38,746 nt of DNA from a virus (Duplodnaviria; Heunggongvirae; Uroviricota; Caudoviricetes). The stretch lies in IMG/VR virus record IMGVR_UViG_2740892229_000013; one strand, written 5' to 3'. Shown here piece after piece: positions 1 through 6,099 of this stretch; the stretch's first letter is position 1; each line of letters starts with the position of its first letter. Under the pieces are notes generated by a model, which did not search any database, was not told the origin of the DNA, and saw only the letters and a program-made list of their open reading frames with translations. A program made the translations under genes and the position numbers.

Positions 1-46
1 ATGTTATTACCCGATCTCGATGGAAGTTATTGAGTGATCTCCTTTC

Positions 47-513
47 ATGAAAATACGCAATTACCCAAACAGCGAAGAAACACCTGAACCACTGAAACCC
101 CAACGAAGCCTGTTACCGCAAGGATTCTCTCAATCCCAAAAGACACGAAACAGAACAATCACGGGAAACGCCATTACCCAATACACGAATAACTACAAAA
201 GCCCTTCACACTCCAGACAAACAACTCAAACACAATAACGAAAGGATTCGCCCACCTGCCATTACTCCATACACGGAGAAGAACAATCACCAAAACGACG
301 AGAACACCCCATAGAAGAACCACCGCAAAACTAACGAAACCACATACACCGACAGAGAAAACAACACACCCAATTCACCAACAGAAATAGTCGCCGTATA
401 GAACGTTCTGGAAGGAGTGAGCATTAACGCCTATAGAGAGGTTGAGACAGATAAAACACGAAGAAAACACAACATGTATAGCGAAGAAGCCAGGTATGTA
501 TAAGTGGAGAGGG
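47..513 (+). other. A/C-rich, G/T-poor non-coding tract (possible leader/3'UTR or long ncRNA; rut-like composition)
   Basis: Hand counts: 241-300 = 23A/19C/10G/8T; 301-360 = 30A/19C/8G/3T. The only track ORF (47..238) is low-complexity with no RBS. The tract runs into a strong intrinsic terminator. Confidence 0.55.
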
Positions 514-540
514 AAGGAGGGGTGTCGCCTCCTTTTTCGT
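514..540 (+). terminator. Rho-independent terminator
   Basis: Stem AAGGAGG (514-520) / CCTCCTT (528-534), 7-nt loop, T-run 533-537. Confidence 0.8.
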
Positions 541-600
541 ATTTATTCAACTCCTGATTTTATCCCCCGTAACACCCCTACGGTCAGCCTTCGGTCCATA

Positions 601-735
601 CAGGGAAAAGGCTGCATCCCGCTACAGAAACGGCTGGGTTGCCTTCGGGGAACGGCTGGAGGTTTTCAGGGAAACGGTCGAGTTGCCTGTGTGGATTTCG
701 GGAGAAGGCTCGATGCCGGTTCAGGAACGGTGGCG
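601..735 (+). repeat. Iteron-like direct repeat array, core (G)GGAAACGGCTG, six copies
   Basis: Cores end at 614, 636, 658 and 680 (exact 22-bp phasing), then 712 and ~733. Variants: AAAAGGCTG, AAACGGCTG, GAACGGCTG, AAACGGTCG, GAAGGCTCG, GAACGGTGG. Confidence 0.65.
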
Positions 736-913
736 TACCGGTATAGCGAGAGGGAGAGTTGCGGCTACCCACCTGTAATGTGCGGGAAGAAGAGAGGCGC
801 TCACGTAGGCGGACTTGCTTACCGCTGGATTCCCTCTGAATGCCCAGCTACAGCGTAATTGTGCCAGACAGCCAACGGGTCACAATCGATTTCAGTAGGT
901 TTTCGGGGAGAGG

Positions 914-958
914 ATTATTCTGCCCACCAGCCACTTTCGGCCACTAAATCAGAATAAT
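914..958. repeat. 9-bp inverted repeat ATTATTCTG / CAGAATAAT (stem-loop or protein site)
   Basis: Perfect arms at 914-922 and 950-958. The 27-nt loop contains CCACCAGC (Chi complement, 924-931) and a duplicated GCCACT. Confidence 0.5.
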
Positions 959-1067
959 GTAAAAAGTGTACTCGGTACTGAACCTGAAAACTCACTGCCA
1001 AAACCACATTCACCGGAATAAAATCCTTTTTCGCCTGTGCGTTATTGCGATAATAACACCATCAAGA

Positions 1068-1080
1068 AAACATGTTGTTT
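1068..1080. promoter_or_regulatory. Palindromic leader box AAACATGTTGTTT (variant of AAACAAnTTGTTT)
   Basis: 12/13 identical to the box at 1552-1564. Directly abuts the RBS AAGGA of the 1093 gene. A possible extended -10, TGCGATAAT, lies at 1046-1054. Confidence 0.5.
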
Positions 1081-1092
1081 AAGGATTGCTTT

Positions 1093-1422
1093 ATGTTTGC
1101 AAATATCGACATCAACCAAATCAAGAAATTAACTCAAAAAGAGTTTGATCAGTTTTATGAGTTAGAAGGTTGGTCTTCCACTCTGATCAATTCGCGGTGG
1201 GTGCTTGAGCTGATGACTCGTGATGACGCACCTGCTTTGATGATTTGCGACATGGGTGAAGATGCTGACTTTATGGATATGAGCGAATTTTGTGTGGACA
1301 CATACAACCGCAGCCAGAAGTACTACTTCACATGCGATAGCGAAAATGACGTGATTTCTAAGGTCTATCTTCACCTCGTCCAGCATTGGGACGTTCAGGA
1401 GTTTCTTGAGGTATTCGCGTAA
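1093..1422 (+). CDS. Small acidic hypothetical protein (109 aa)
   Basis: Track ORF 1072..1422 trimmed to ATG 1093 (AAGGA 8 nt upstream; the 1072 ATG lies inside the palindromic box). 21 D/E versus 8 K/R by hand count. Hairpin follows. Confidence 0.7.
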   Translation: MFANIDINQIKKLTQKEFDQFYELEGWSSTLINSRWVLELMTRDDAPALMICDMGEDADFMDMSEFCVDTYNRSQKYYFTCDSENDVISKVYLHLVQHWDVQEFLEVFA

Positions 1423-1431
1423 TCCCAACCA

Positions 1432-1458
1432 AAGCCAGCATTGCTGGCTTAATTTCTC
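1432..1458 (+). terminator. Hairpin terminator (weak U-tract)
   Basis: AAGCCAGCA (1432-1440) / TGCTGGCTT (1442-1450), followed by AATTTCTCT. Confidence 0.55.
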
Positions 1459-1528
1459 TATAGCCGCTGGGAGGAACCTGCATATCGATCATGCACCTGA
1501 TCATTATGCTTTGTAGCCGTTTTCTTAC

Positions 1529-1537
1529 TGGTATTAT
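1529..1537 (+). promoter_or_regulatory. Candidate extended -10 element TGGTATTAT
   Basis: TGnTATTAT match. It places a transcription start ~1544, 8 nt upstream of box 1552-1564. Confidence 0.4.
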
Positions 1538-1551
1538 TTACGCCATTTAGA

Positions 1552-1564
1552 AAACAAGTTGTTT
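1552..1564. promoter_or_regulatory. Palindromic leader box AAACAAGTTGTTT
   Basis: Perfect 6-1-6 palindrome, 4 nt before the GGAG RBS of the 1573 gene. Identical 13-mer at 12362-12374. Confidence 0.6.
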
Positions 1565-1572
1565 ACGGAGTT

Positions 1573-1887
1573 GTGATGAAAAAATCATTGGTTCTTGGTC
1601 TGGACAAAGACCAGAAGAGAAAAGAGAAGCCTGCACTGGTTGCTCAATTAACTTTGCTAGACATCGTTGCCAATGGAACCTCTATTCGTCTGTTCCGTGA
1701 AACAGCGGTGTCTTTCGATAAAAACACCTTTACTCGTTATGTAATGAATGTTCGTCGCCAGCGTGGAAAAGGCTGGATGGCATTTCAAAGAATGTGGCCG
1801 GAACATCAGCTCGAACTGGCTTTGATGGAAGTTAACCGCGTGGCCCAGCAAGAAATTCAGAGAGCATCAGTGATGGCAATAGCCTGA
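1573..1887 (+). CDS. Hypothetical basic protein (104 aa)
   Basis: ORF track. GGAG RBS upstream of GTG 1573 / ATG 1576. Strong terminator follows. Confidence 0.7.
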   Translation: MMKKSLVLGLDKDQKRKEKPALVAQLTLLDIVANGTSIRLFRETAVSFDKNTFTRYVMNVRRQRGKGWMAFQRMWPEHQLELALMEVNRVAQQEIQRASVMAIA

Positions 1888-1921
1888 TAATGTGCAAGTG
1901 GTAATTAGTCGACAGTACGAC

Positions 1922-1950
1922 AGCCCCGCCATCCTTACGGGGCTTTTTTG
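1922..1950 (+). terminator. Rho-independent terminator
   Basis: AGCCCCG (1922-1928) / CGGGGCT (1938-1944), T-run 1944-1949. Confidence 0.85.
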
Positions 1951-1952
1951 TA

Positions 1953-1981
1953 TTGTAAGTACATACTTACGATCATAGAAT
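1953..1981 (+). promoter_or_regulatory. Candidate sigma70 promoter TTGTAA-N17-TAGAAT overlapped by palindrome GTAAGTACATACTTAC (1955-1970)
   Basis: -35 at 1953-1958, -10 at 1976-1981. The 16-bp palindrome covers the -35 and spacer. 44 bp upstream of ATG 2014. Confidence 0.5.
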
Positions 1982-2013
1982 AGAAAAATAACCAAGACAC
2001 TACGGAGAGTGAA

Positions 2014-2409
2014 ATGACCGTTAAACGCGAAAAACTGACAGTTGATGTTTACTATGCCTCTGAAACCGCCGAAGGTAAGAATGTGGCAAAAATCACCGTT
2101 GTTACGTACAACACCGAAACTGGTGCCGAAGTCCAGGCCAGTACGATCGTGCGTAAAGGTGATGCCTCCGGCGGCGAGTACGCGACTCAATACCAGTCCA
2201 TTCTCGATGCAACTGACCCGCTGCTGCTGAAAATCGAGAACTACTTCCGCCAGGTTGATGAAGAGGTGTTTGAAACCATGATGAATATGGTTAACACCGT
2301 ATTCGCCTCCAGCCTGAACACCAGCACCACCTGGATTGGCCAGTACGGTCTGCGCATTACCTCTGGCATTCCTGCCGACACCTTAATCCCTGAAAGCGTA
2401 TTCGCTTAA
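2014..2409 (+). CDS. Hypothetical protein (131 aa)
   Basis: ORF track. GGAGAG RBS. Strong terminator follows. Confidence 0.75.
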   Translation: MTVKREKLTVDVYYASETAEGKNVAKITVVTYNTETGAEVQASTIVRKGDASGGEYATQYQSILDATDPLLLKIENYFRQVDEEVFETMMNMVNTVFASSLNTSTTWIGQYGLRITSGIPADTLIPESVFA

Positions 2410-2417
2410 TCCTCTTT

Positions 2418-2447
2418 AAATGGCGCGCAAACCGCGCCATTTTATTA
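2418..2447 (+). terminator. Rho-independent terminator
   Basis: ATGGCGCG (2420-2427) / CGCGCCAT (2433-2440), 5-nt loop, then TTTATT. Confidence 0.85.
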
Positions 2448-2454
2448 TGCCCGA

Positions 2455-2467
2455 TAACAATTTGTTT
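2455..2467. promoter_or_regulatory. Palindromic leader box TAACAATTTGTTT
   Basis: AACAA-T-TTGTT palindrome just downstream of a TATTAT hexamer (2443-2448). Confidence 0.5.
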
Positions 2468-2526
2468 TCTGCCTTATCTGATTTGTGAAAATGATTTCAC
2501 TGAAGCAACTTAATAAGGAAACCATC

Positions 2527-2901
2527 ATGGGACTTGATATCTATATCGAGACACAGCCTAAAAACGATCTGAATAACGAGGCATCCAGAAAGCAGGTTGC
2601 TTACTTCCGTAAGTTCAATGCGCTCGTTGGGTGGATGGAGCGCAACGTAGGTGAAGTCGAAAATTGTGAGCTTTTAGAATTAACGATGAATGACATTTGT
2701 CTTCTGAAAGCTCATTTGATGCACATAAACGAAAGCAATTGCGAAGAGTACTTGCCTACTCGGGAAGGTTTTTTCTTCGGCAGTCAGGAGTACGACGAAG
2801 GTTACTGGCATGACGTGGATAAGCTGAAAAAACTTGTGGAAGACCTGATCAGGAACCACGACTTTCACAATAACAGACTGACCTTCTGCGCCTGGTGGTA
2901 A
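2527..2901 (+). CDS. Hypothetical acidic protein (124 aa, starts MGLDIYIE)
   Basis: Track ORF 2485..2901 trimmed to ATG 2527 (AAGGA RBS 8 nt upstream). GTG 2485 has no RBS. Confidence 0.7.
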   Translation: MGLDIYIETQPKNDLNNEASRKQVAYFRKFNALVGWMERNVGEVENCELLELTMNDICLLKAHLMHINESNCEEYLPTREGFFFGSQEYDEGYWHDVDKLKKLVEDLIRNHDFHNNRLTFCAWW

Positions 2902-2903
2902 AT

Positions 2904-3047
2904 ATGGGCGATTTCAAGAAACGCCTGAAGGAAAGAGCCGAGATGGTCAGAAAGCAAAACGCCTCTTCTGTCATCAGATACGCAAGGCAGTTTAGTCGCA
3001 ACAACAAATCAGTTGAGGAAAAGATCCTTAGCGTAATCGGTCGATAA
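2904..3047 (+). CDS. Possible small basic protein (47 aa, MGDFKKRLKERAEMVRKQN...)
   Basis: Hand-translated ORF below the track cutoff. ATG lies 2 nt after the upstream stop. A hairpin (AAGGCCA / TGGCCTT) follows. No other support. Confidence 0.35.
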   Translation: MGDFKKRLKERAEMVRKQNASSVIRYARQFSRNNKSVEEKILSVIGR

Positions 3048-3177
3048 TTATTAAGGCCATCAGCATTGGTGGCCTTAAATGACCATCCTGTTTCCCGCAG
3101 GCTAAAAACACCAACCTCTTACCTCCAGGCAACCGACAAACCCACCTGTTCCCGTCCGGCTACCGCAACTTTCCACT

Positions 3178-3206
3178 TTGACGCCTTATTCGTACAACGA
3201 TAATTA
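3178..3206 (+). promoter_or_regulatory. Candidate sigma70 promoter TTGACG-N17-TAATTA
   Basis: -35 at 3178-3183, -10 at 3201-3206. Predicted start ~3213, just before box 3219-3231. Confidence 0.5.
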
Positions 3207-3218
3207 ACACAAACAAGA

Positions 3219-3231
3219 AAACAATTTGTTA
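3219..3231. promoter_or_regulatory. Palindromic leader box AAACAATTTGTTA
   Basis: Same 6-1-6 architecture, 8 nt upstream of the AAGGA RBS of the 3252 gene. Confidence 0.55.
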
Positions 3232-3251
3232 TTTACGATAAGGAATTAATC

Positions 3252-3734
3252 ATGAATTTTATCGCTACTGTAAACGCACCCGCACATGGCAATATCGCTG
3301 TAACGTTCTCTGACATTGAAAAACGAGTACTTGGTGCATGGCGCGACAATGAGACGGTAGAACTGTCAGCACAAGAAAAATGCATTATTGCACGCGACAT
3401 CATTGGCAATCGTCGTTACTCGCGGGTATTTGAGAAAGCGTATGTGGTAAATTCTGGATTCGGAACGTTCGTCTTTCCGGTGCGCTCCGGGCGATTCTGC
3501 CAGTCCAAGCTGATTGAGTTCGCTACGCAGATTTCTGTCTGGATTAAAACTCAATCGTCGTTCAAATTTTCCGACGATGAAGCAGTATCGCAGGGGATGC
3601 GGATCGCCAACAATGCAATTAAATGCAAAAACATTACGTATACCGCTGGCGTTGATACATGGAAACTGTTTTGCGCTAACTTTATGCTGAATGTATACGC
3701 AAGCAACCGCATCCACATCCTTGATGGCGTGTAA
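3252..3734 (+). CDS. Hypothetical protein (160 aa)
   Basis: ORF track. AAGGA RBS. Hairpin follows. Confidence 0.75.
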   Translation: MNFIATVNAPAHGNIAVTFSDIEKRVLGAWRDNETVELSAQEKCIIARDIIGNRRYSRVFEKAYVVNSGFGTFVFPVRSGRFCQSKLIEFATQISVWIKTQSSFKFSDDEAVSQGMRIANNAIKCKNITYTAGVDTWKLFCANFMLNVYASNRIHILDGV

Positions 3735-3737
3735 CTG

Positions 3738-3766
3738 AGAAGAGGGCCAGAAACGGCCCTTTCTCT
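3738..3766 (+). terminator. Hairpin terminator (T-rich 3' arm)
   Basis: AGGGCC (3743-3748) / GGCCCT (3755-3760), extended by GAGAA/TTCTC with one bulge. Confidence 0.5.
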
Positions 3767-3862
3767 ATAGCCACCAGCTGCCGCAGGGAAATTTTCAGAA
3801 ACGGCGAGGAACGTATTCGTGAGCCGACGGGGAACGGCCAGGATTTTTTCGGGAAACGGCTG
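3747..3862 (+). repeat. Second cluster of the GGGAAACGGCTG-type iteron motif (4-5 copies)
   Basis: AAACGGCCC at 3751-3759, AAACGGCGA at 3799-3807, GAACGGCCA at 3832-3840, AAACGGCTG at 3854-3862 (last two 22 bp apart). GGGAAACGGCTGCAT at 3851-3865 mirrors GGGAAAAGGCTGCAT at 603-617. Confidence 0.55.
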
Positions 3863-4152
3863 CATTCGCCTTTGTGTAGAAAAAACATCGGGAAGCTGGT
3901 GGAATCCAACCAGCGGTTGTCGGACAGGTGAGCGGGGAAAATCATGATGACTTTCGTCGCCTGAGACATCCAGATTTCTTTCGTAGCGTAATCACATATG
4001 TGATTAAGTGGTGTGATTATGTGAAAAATCACGCGCACATAATACGCGAGCGGATACGGAACAAAACAAAATGCCGATCCGCGCCGACAATTAAACGCGG
4101 ATCACATAGCAAGAATAAAAGCCAATGATTAACCATACACCATAACGCAATA

Positions 4153-4180
4153 TAACGCGATTTAAGCGCGTTAATGCGCT
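4153..4180. promoter_or_regulatory. Overlapping GCGC-type palindromes (operator-like)
   Basis: TAACGCG (4153-4159) / CGCGTTA (4167-4173), 7-bp arms with a 7-nt spacer. AGCGC (4165-4169) / GCGCT (4176-4180). Confidence 0.4.
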
Positions 4181-4274
4181 AAGTAATGGGTATGTACTGG
4201 TAAGGATATAGAAGCGCGTCTATGGCGTTATTTTGGCGCTTATTTTTATGTTGTTGGCTTGAGTCAAAGACAAT

Positions 4275-4297
4275 AAAAAAAGCGCCATCATTGGCGC
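4275..4297 (-). terminator. Rho-independent terminator (minus strand)
   Basis: GCGCCA (4282-4287) / TGGCGC (4292-4297). The A7 run at 4275-4281 gives a U-run on the minus strand. Confidence 0.75.
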
Positions 4298-4321
4298 GTT
4301 ATGGTGGAAGTATTGGAAACG

Positions 4322-4345
4322 AAAAAAGCGCCCATAGTGGGCGCT
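4322..4345 (-). terminator. Rho-independent terminator (minus strand, possibly bidirectional); 19-bp hairpin copy 1
   Basis: AGCGCCCA-TAG-TGGGCGCT at 4327-4345. An A6 run at 4322-4327 and ATTTTATTT flank it. Lies 6 nt after the stop of the 4351..4581 gene. Confidence 0.8.
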
Positions 4346-4350
4346 CGATT

Positions 4351-4581
4351 TTATTTATGTAGACTGATTTCAAATCCCATTTCTACAAACGCTTTTAACA
4401 TTAAAAATATATCAGCGTCGTTCACGTCTGCTTTTTTTCGCTCCTGGTCGCTCAATAAGTCAATTTTGCGCGTCGTTTCATCTATAAGCTCGACTGCGCG
4501 CCCAGCGTAACCAGCGATCCCAGCGATGCGATTAACATAATATTCGTTATGGACGTTAACGCCAGCGATAAGAACAAACAT
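4351..4581 (-). CDS. Hypothetical protein (76 aa)
   Basis: ORF track. AAGGAG RBS 7 nt upstream on the minus strand. Tandem terminators downstream. Confidence 0.7.
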   Translation of the reverse strand: MFVLIAGVNVHNEYYVNRIAGIAGYAGRAVELIDETTRKIDLLSDQERKKADVNDADIFLMLKAFVEMGFEISLHK

Positions 4582-4601
4582 GATTAAGCTCCTTAAAAAA
4601 A

Positions 4602-4805
4602 TTAAATAGAATTTTGAAGTTTTCCGATTAATGCGCTTAAACGTAAGTATTCACGTTTGCGCTTGCAATCTCGCTTGCTGTTAAGCAAATCAGAAAACGT
4701 AAAATTTAATTGGTCGCGTTGCGCGATTAAATCATCGATTAATTCCAGTTTATAAGCGCGATACTTTGCGCGATATTCCGCGCGGATCTTGTCATAGCTG
4801 ACCAT
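4602..4805 (-). CDS. Hypothetical coiled-coil-like basic protein (67 aa)
   Basis: Track ORF 4602..4850 trimmed to ATG 4805 (AAGGAG 8 nt upstream). The longer version would read through the conserved hairpin. Confidence 0.65.
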   Translation of the reverse strand: MVSYDKIRAEYRAKYRAYKLELIDDLIAQRDQLNFTFSDLLNSKRDCKRKREYLRLSALIGKLQNSI

Positions 4806-4822
4806 TTTCAAAGCTCCTTTAA

Positions 4823-4841
4823 AGCGCCCATAGTGGGCGCT
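4823..4841 (-). repeat. 19-bp hairpin copy 2 (AGCGCCCATAGTGGGCGCT), intercistronic
   Basis: Identical 19-mer to 4327-4345. Shared flanks: A before, yGATT after. Sits between the 216-aa and 67-aa genes. Confidence 0.8.
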
Positions 4842-4853
4842 TGATTCCATTAA

Positions 4854-5504
4854 TTACGCTTTGAAAGCATCAGCTAAATAATTGTAGAAATCATTTTTAA
4901 TGAAGCGATATTGCTGAGTACCAGCTTTCGCACTCCCAGCTCCTTTGACTTTTTCAACAAGTCCAAGACGTTCGCAAAGATTGATCAACTGGTTGGCTTG
5001 AGTATAGCCAGCGTCCAATTTAATTTCACACGCTTTTTTAGCTTCATTCATTAAATCGAAAACAGCGCCATTGGTGAACGTGTCGATCTCGTCGTTAATC
5101 ATATCGATTAAAGCGAATACACGAGATCCTGACATATCAGCGATGGAATAAACGCATTTACCAGATTTAATTGATTTAACCAGATAAACCAGTTTTTCCA
5201 GAGAATAACTATTAGTCATTGCATCACGGAAAAATACTTCTGGCGCTTGTTTGCTTGCTTTAATCGCATAGTAGAAAACAGAGCATAATTTTTCGTCTTC
5301 TACTGCGTTTACGACGTTGTTGATGAAGTAAGCAAGTTTAGTGGTCGCAGCTTGCATATTTGCTTTGTCTGCTTTAGTGTGCGTACCATTTTTATAATGT
5401 TCGTTATATGTTTGAGTTGCCAGATCTGCTTTATCGCGCAGCTCGTCGGATACAATAGATGCAGCTTCAATGATGGACTTTTTAGAAATGATAATGTTAG
5501 CCAT
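4854..5504 (-). CDS. Hypothetical protein (216 aa), AT-rich gene
   Basis: ORF track. AAGGA RBS and its own promoter. 17 G+C in 60 nt at 4861-4920. Confidence 0.8.
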   Translation of the reverse strand: MANIIISKKSIIEAASIVSDELRDKADLATQTYNEHYKNGTHTKADKANMQAATTKLAYFINNVVNAVEDEKLCSVFYYAIKASKQAPEVFFRDAMTNSYSLEKLVYLVKSIKSGKCVYSIADMSGSRVFALIDMINDEIDTFTNGAVFDLMNEAKKACEIKLDAGYTQANQLINLCERLGLVEKVKGAGSAKAGTQQYRFIKNDFYNYLADAFKA

Positions 5505-5569
5505 GATAATTTTTCCTTATGTAAATTTAAAATTTATTGTCGTTAGCGTCTTCGCTTTCGACGAGTTCA

Positions 5570-5597
5570 ATTATCGATACGCGAAAAAAGATTGCAA
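5570..5597 (-). promoter_or_regulatory. Candidate sigma70 promoter TTGCAA-N16-GATAAT with A/T-rich UP-like tract
   Basis: Minus-strand -35 at 5597..5592 and -10 at 5575..5570. A/T runs at 5600-5625 lie upstream. Confidence 0.55.
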
Positions 5598-5743
5598 GTG
5601 TTTTTTTTAAATTTTTTGCAGGGATGAAAGTCCTAGAAATAAAAGCGAGATCGTCGAAGGTGTTCCCTAAATAAATAATCGATTCCGGCTTTCGACCTTA
5701 TATATATTTAGGTTATTTGATTTGTAGATATAAAGAAGTGATG

Positions 5744-5775
5744 TGAAAAATAATAACCGGACTTAGCCGGTTATT
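5744..5775 (-). terminator. Rho-independent terminator (minus strand)
   Basis: AATAACCGG (5752-5760) / CCGGTTATT (5767-5775), 6-nt loop. The A-run at 5744-5750 gives a U-run on the minus strand. Confidence 0.85.
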
Positions 5776-5787
5776 AACCTTATAGAT

Positions 5788-6096
5788 TTATTGAACAGAC
5801 TCTACAGCCTTACGATTGGTGTCAAATAGCGCATCAACGAACTGTGCCGATGACTCGCTAGATTCGCAATCCAACATTGCCCGTTCTTCATTTGCCACTT
5901 TCTTACACAGTTCCACATTCTCACCTATCGCTTTTCCTGCTTTTACGGCTGCCGAAAATTGATACATGCAAACTGATACATTCTGAGACGTTGAGCACAC
6001 GTCATTCATCAGCGACTGAATGACAGGCTTATAGTCCATTGCATTTGCCGCAACTGAGCAAAGTAAAAATAATGGTGGTAACAATATCGATTTCAT
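5788..6096 (-). CDS. Secreted (periplasmic) Cys-containing small protein (102 aa)
   Basis: N-terminal signal peptide MKSILLPPLFLLCSVAANA with an A-x-A cleavage motif. Five Cys in the mature part. Confidence 0.75.
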   Translation of the reverse strand: MKSILLPPLFLLCSVAANAMDYKPVIQSLMNDVCSTSQNVSVCMYQFSAAVKAGKAIGENVELCKKVANEERAMLDCESSESSAQFVDALFDTNRKAVESVQ

Positions 6097-6099
6097 AAC

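Noticed and set aside
1-33. Possible 3' end of an upstream + strand gene (...MLLPDLDGSY then TGA at 31-33)
   Set aside because: Only 10 codons are visible at the window edge, so it cannot be supported.
47-238. 63-aa + strand ORF in the A/C-rich tract
   Set aside because: It is a low-complexity T/Q/P/N/S product that simply reflects the base skew. It has no RBS.
47-513. A-rich tract as a DGR template repeat or retron msd
   Set aside because: There is no reverse transcriptase gene, no matching variable repeat, and no flanking inverted repeats typical of retron ncRNA in the window.
601-735. Direct repeat array considered as a CRISPR array
   Set aside because: The repeats are 9-12 nt and degenerate, with 10-13-nt gaps. 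There are no 28-37-nt repeat/spacer units and no cas genes.
442-858. 138-aa + strand ORF from the track
   Set aside because: It reads straight through the strong terminator at 514-540 and the iteron array. It has no RBS, and its Gly/Arg/Cys-rich composition looks like translated structured DNA.
1453-1465. 13-mer TTTCTCTATAGCC repeated at 1453-1465 and 3760-3772 (partial inverted match at 431-440), reminiscent of the CTATAG core of T7-type promoters
   Set aside because: In a 38.7-kb window roughly ten exact 13-mer coincidences are expected by chance. No phage RNA polymerase gene is visible, and the third copy matches only 9-10 nt.
3682-4128. Track ORFs 3682..4038 (-) and 3928..4128 (+) in the convergent hub
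   Set aside because: Neither has an RBS. The first overlaps the 3' end and terminator of the 3252 gene. Both have odd compositions (Cys/His/Arg-rich), and the region is better explained by repeats and hairpins.
4301-4510. 69-aa + strand ORF antisense to the 76-aa gene
   Set aside because: It starts inside terminator hairpins and has no RBS. The minus-strand partner has an AAGGAG RBS and downstream terminators.
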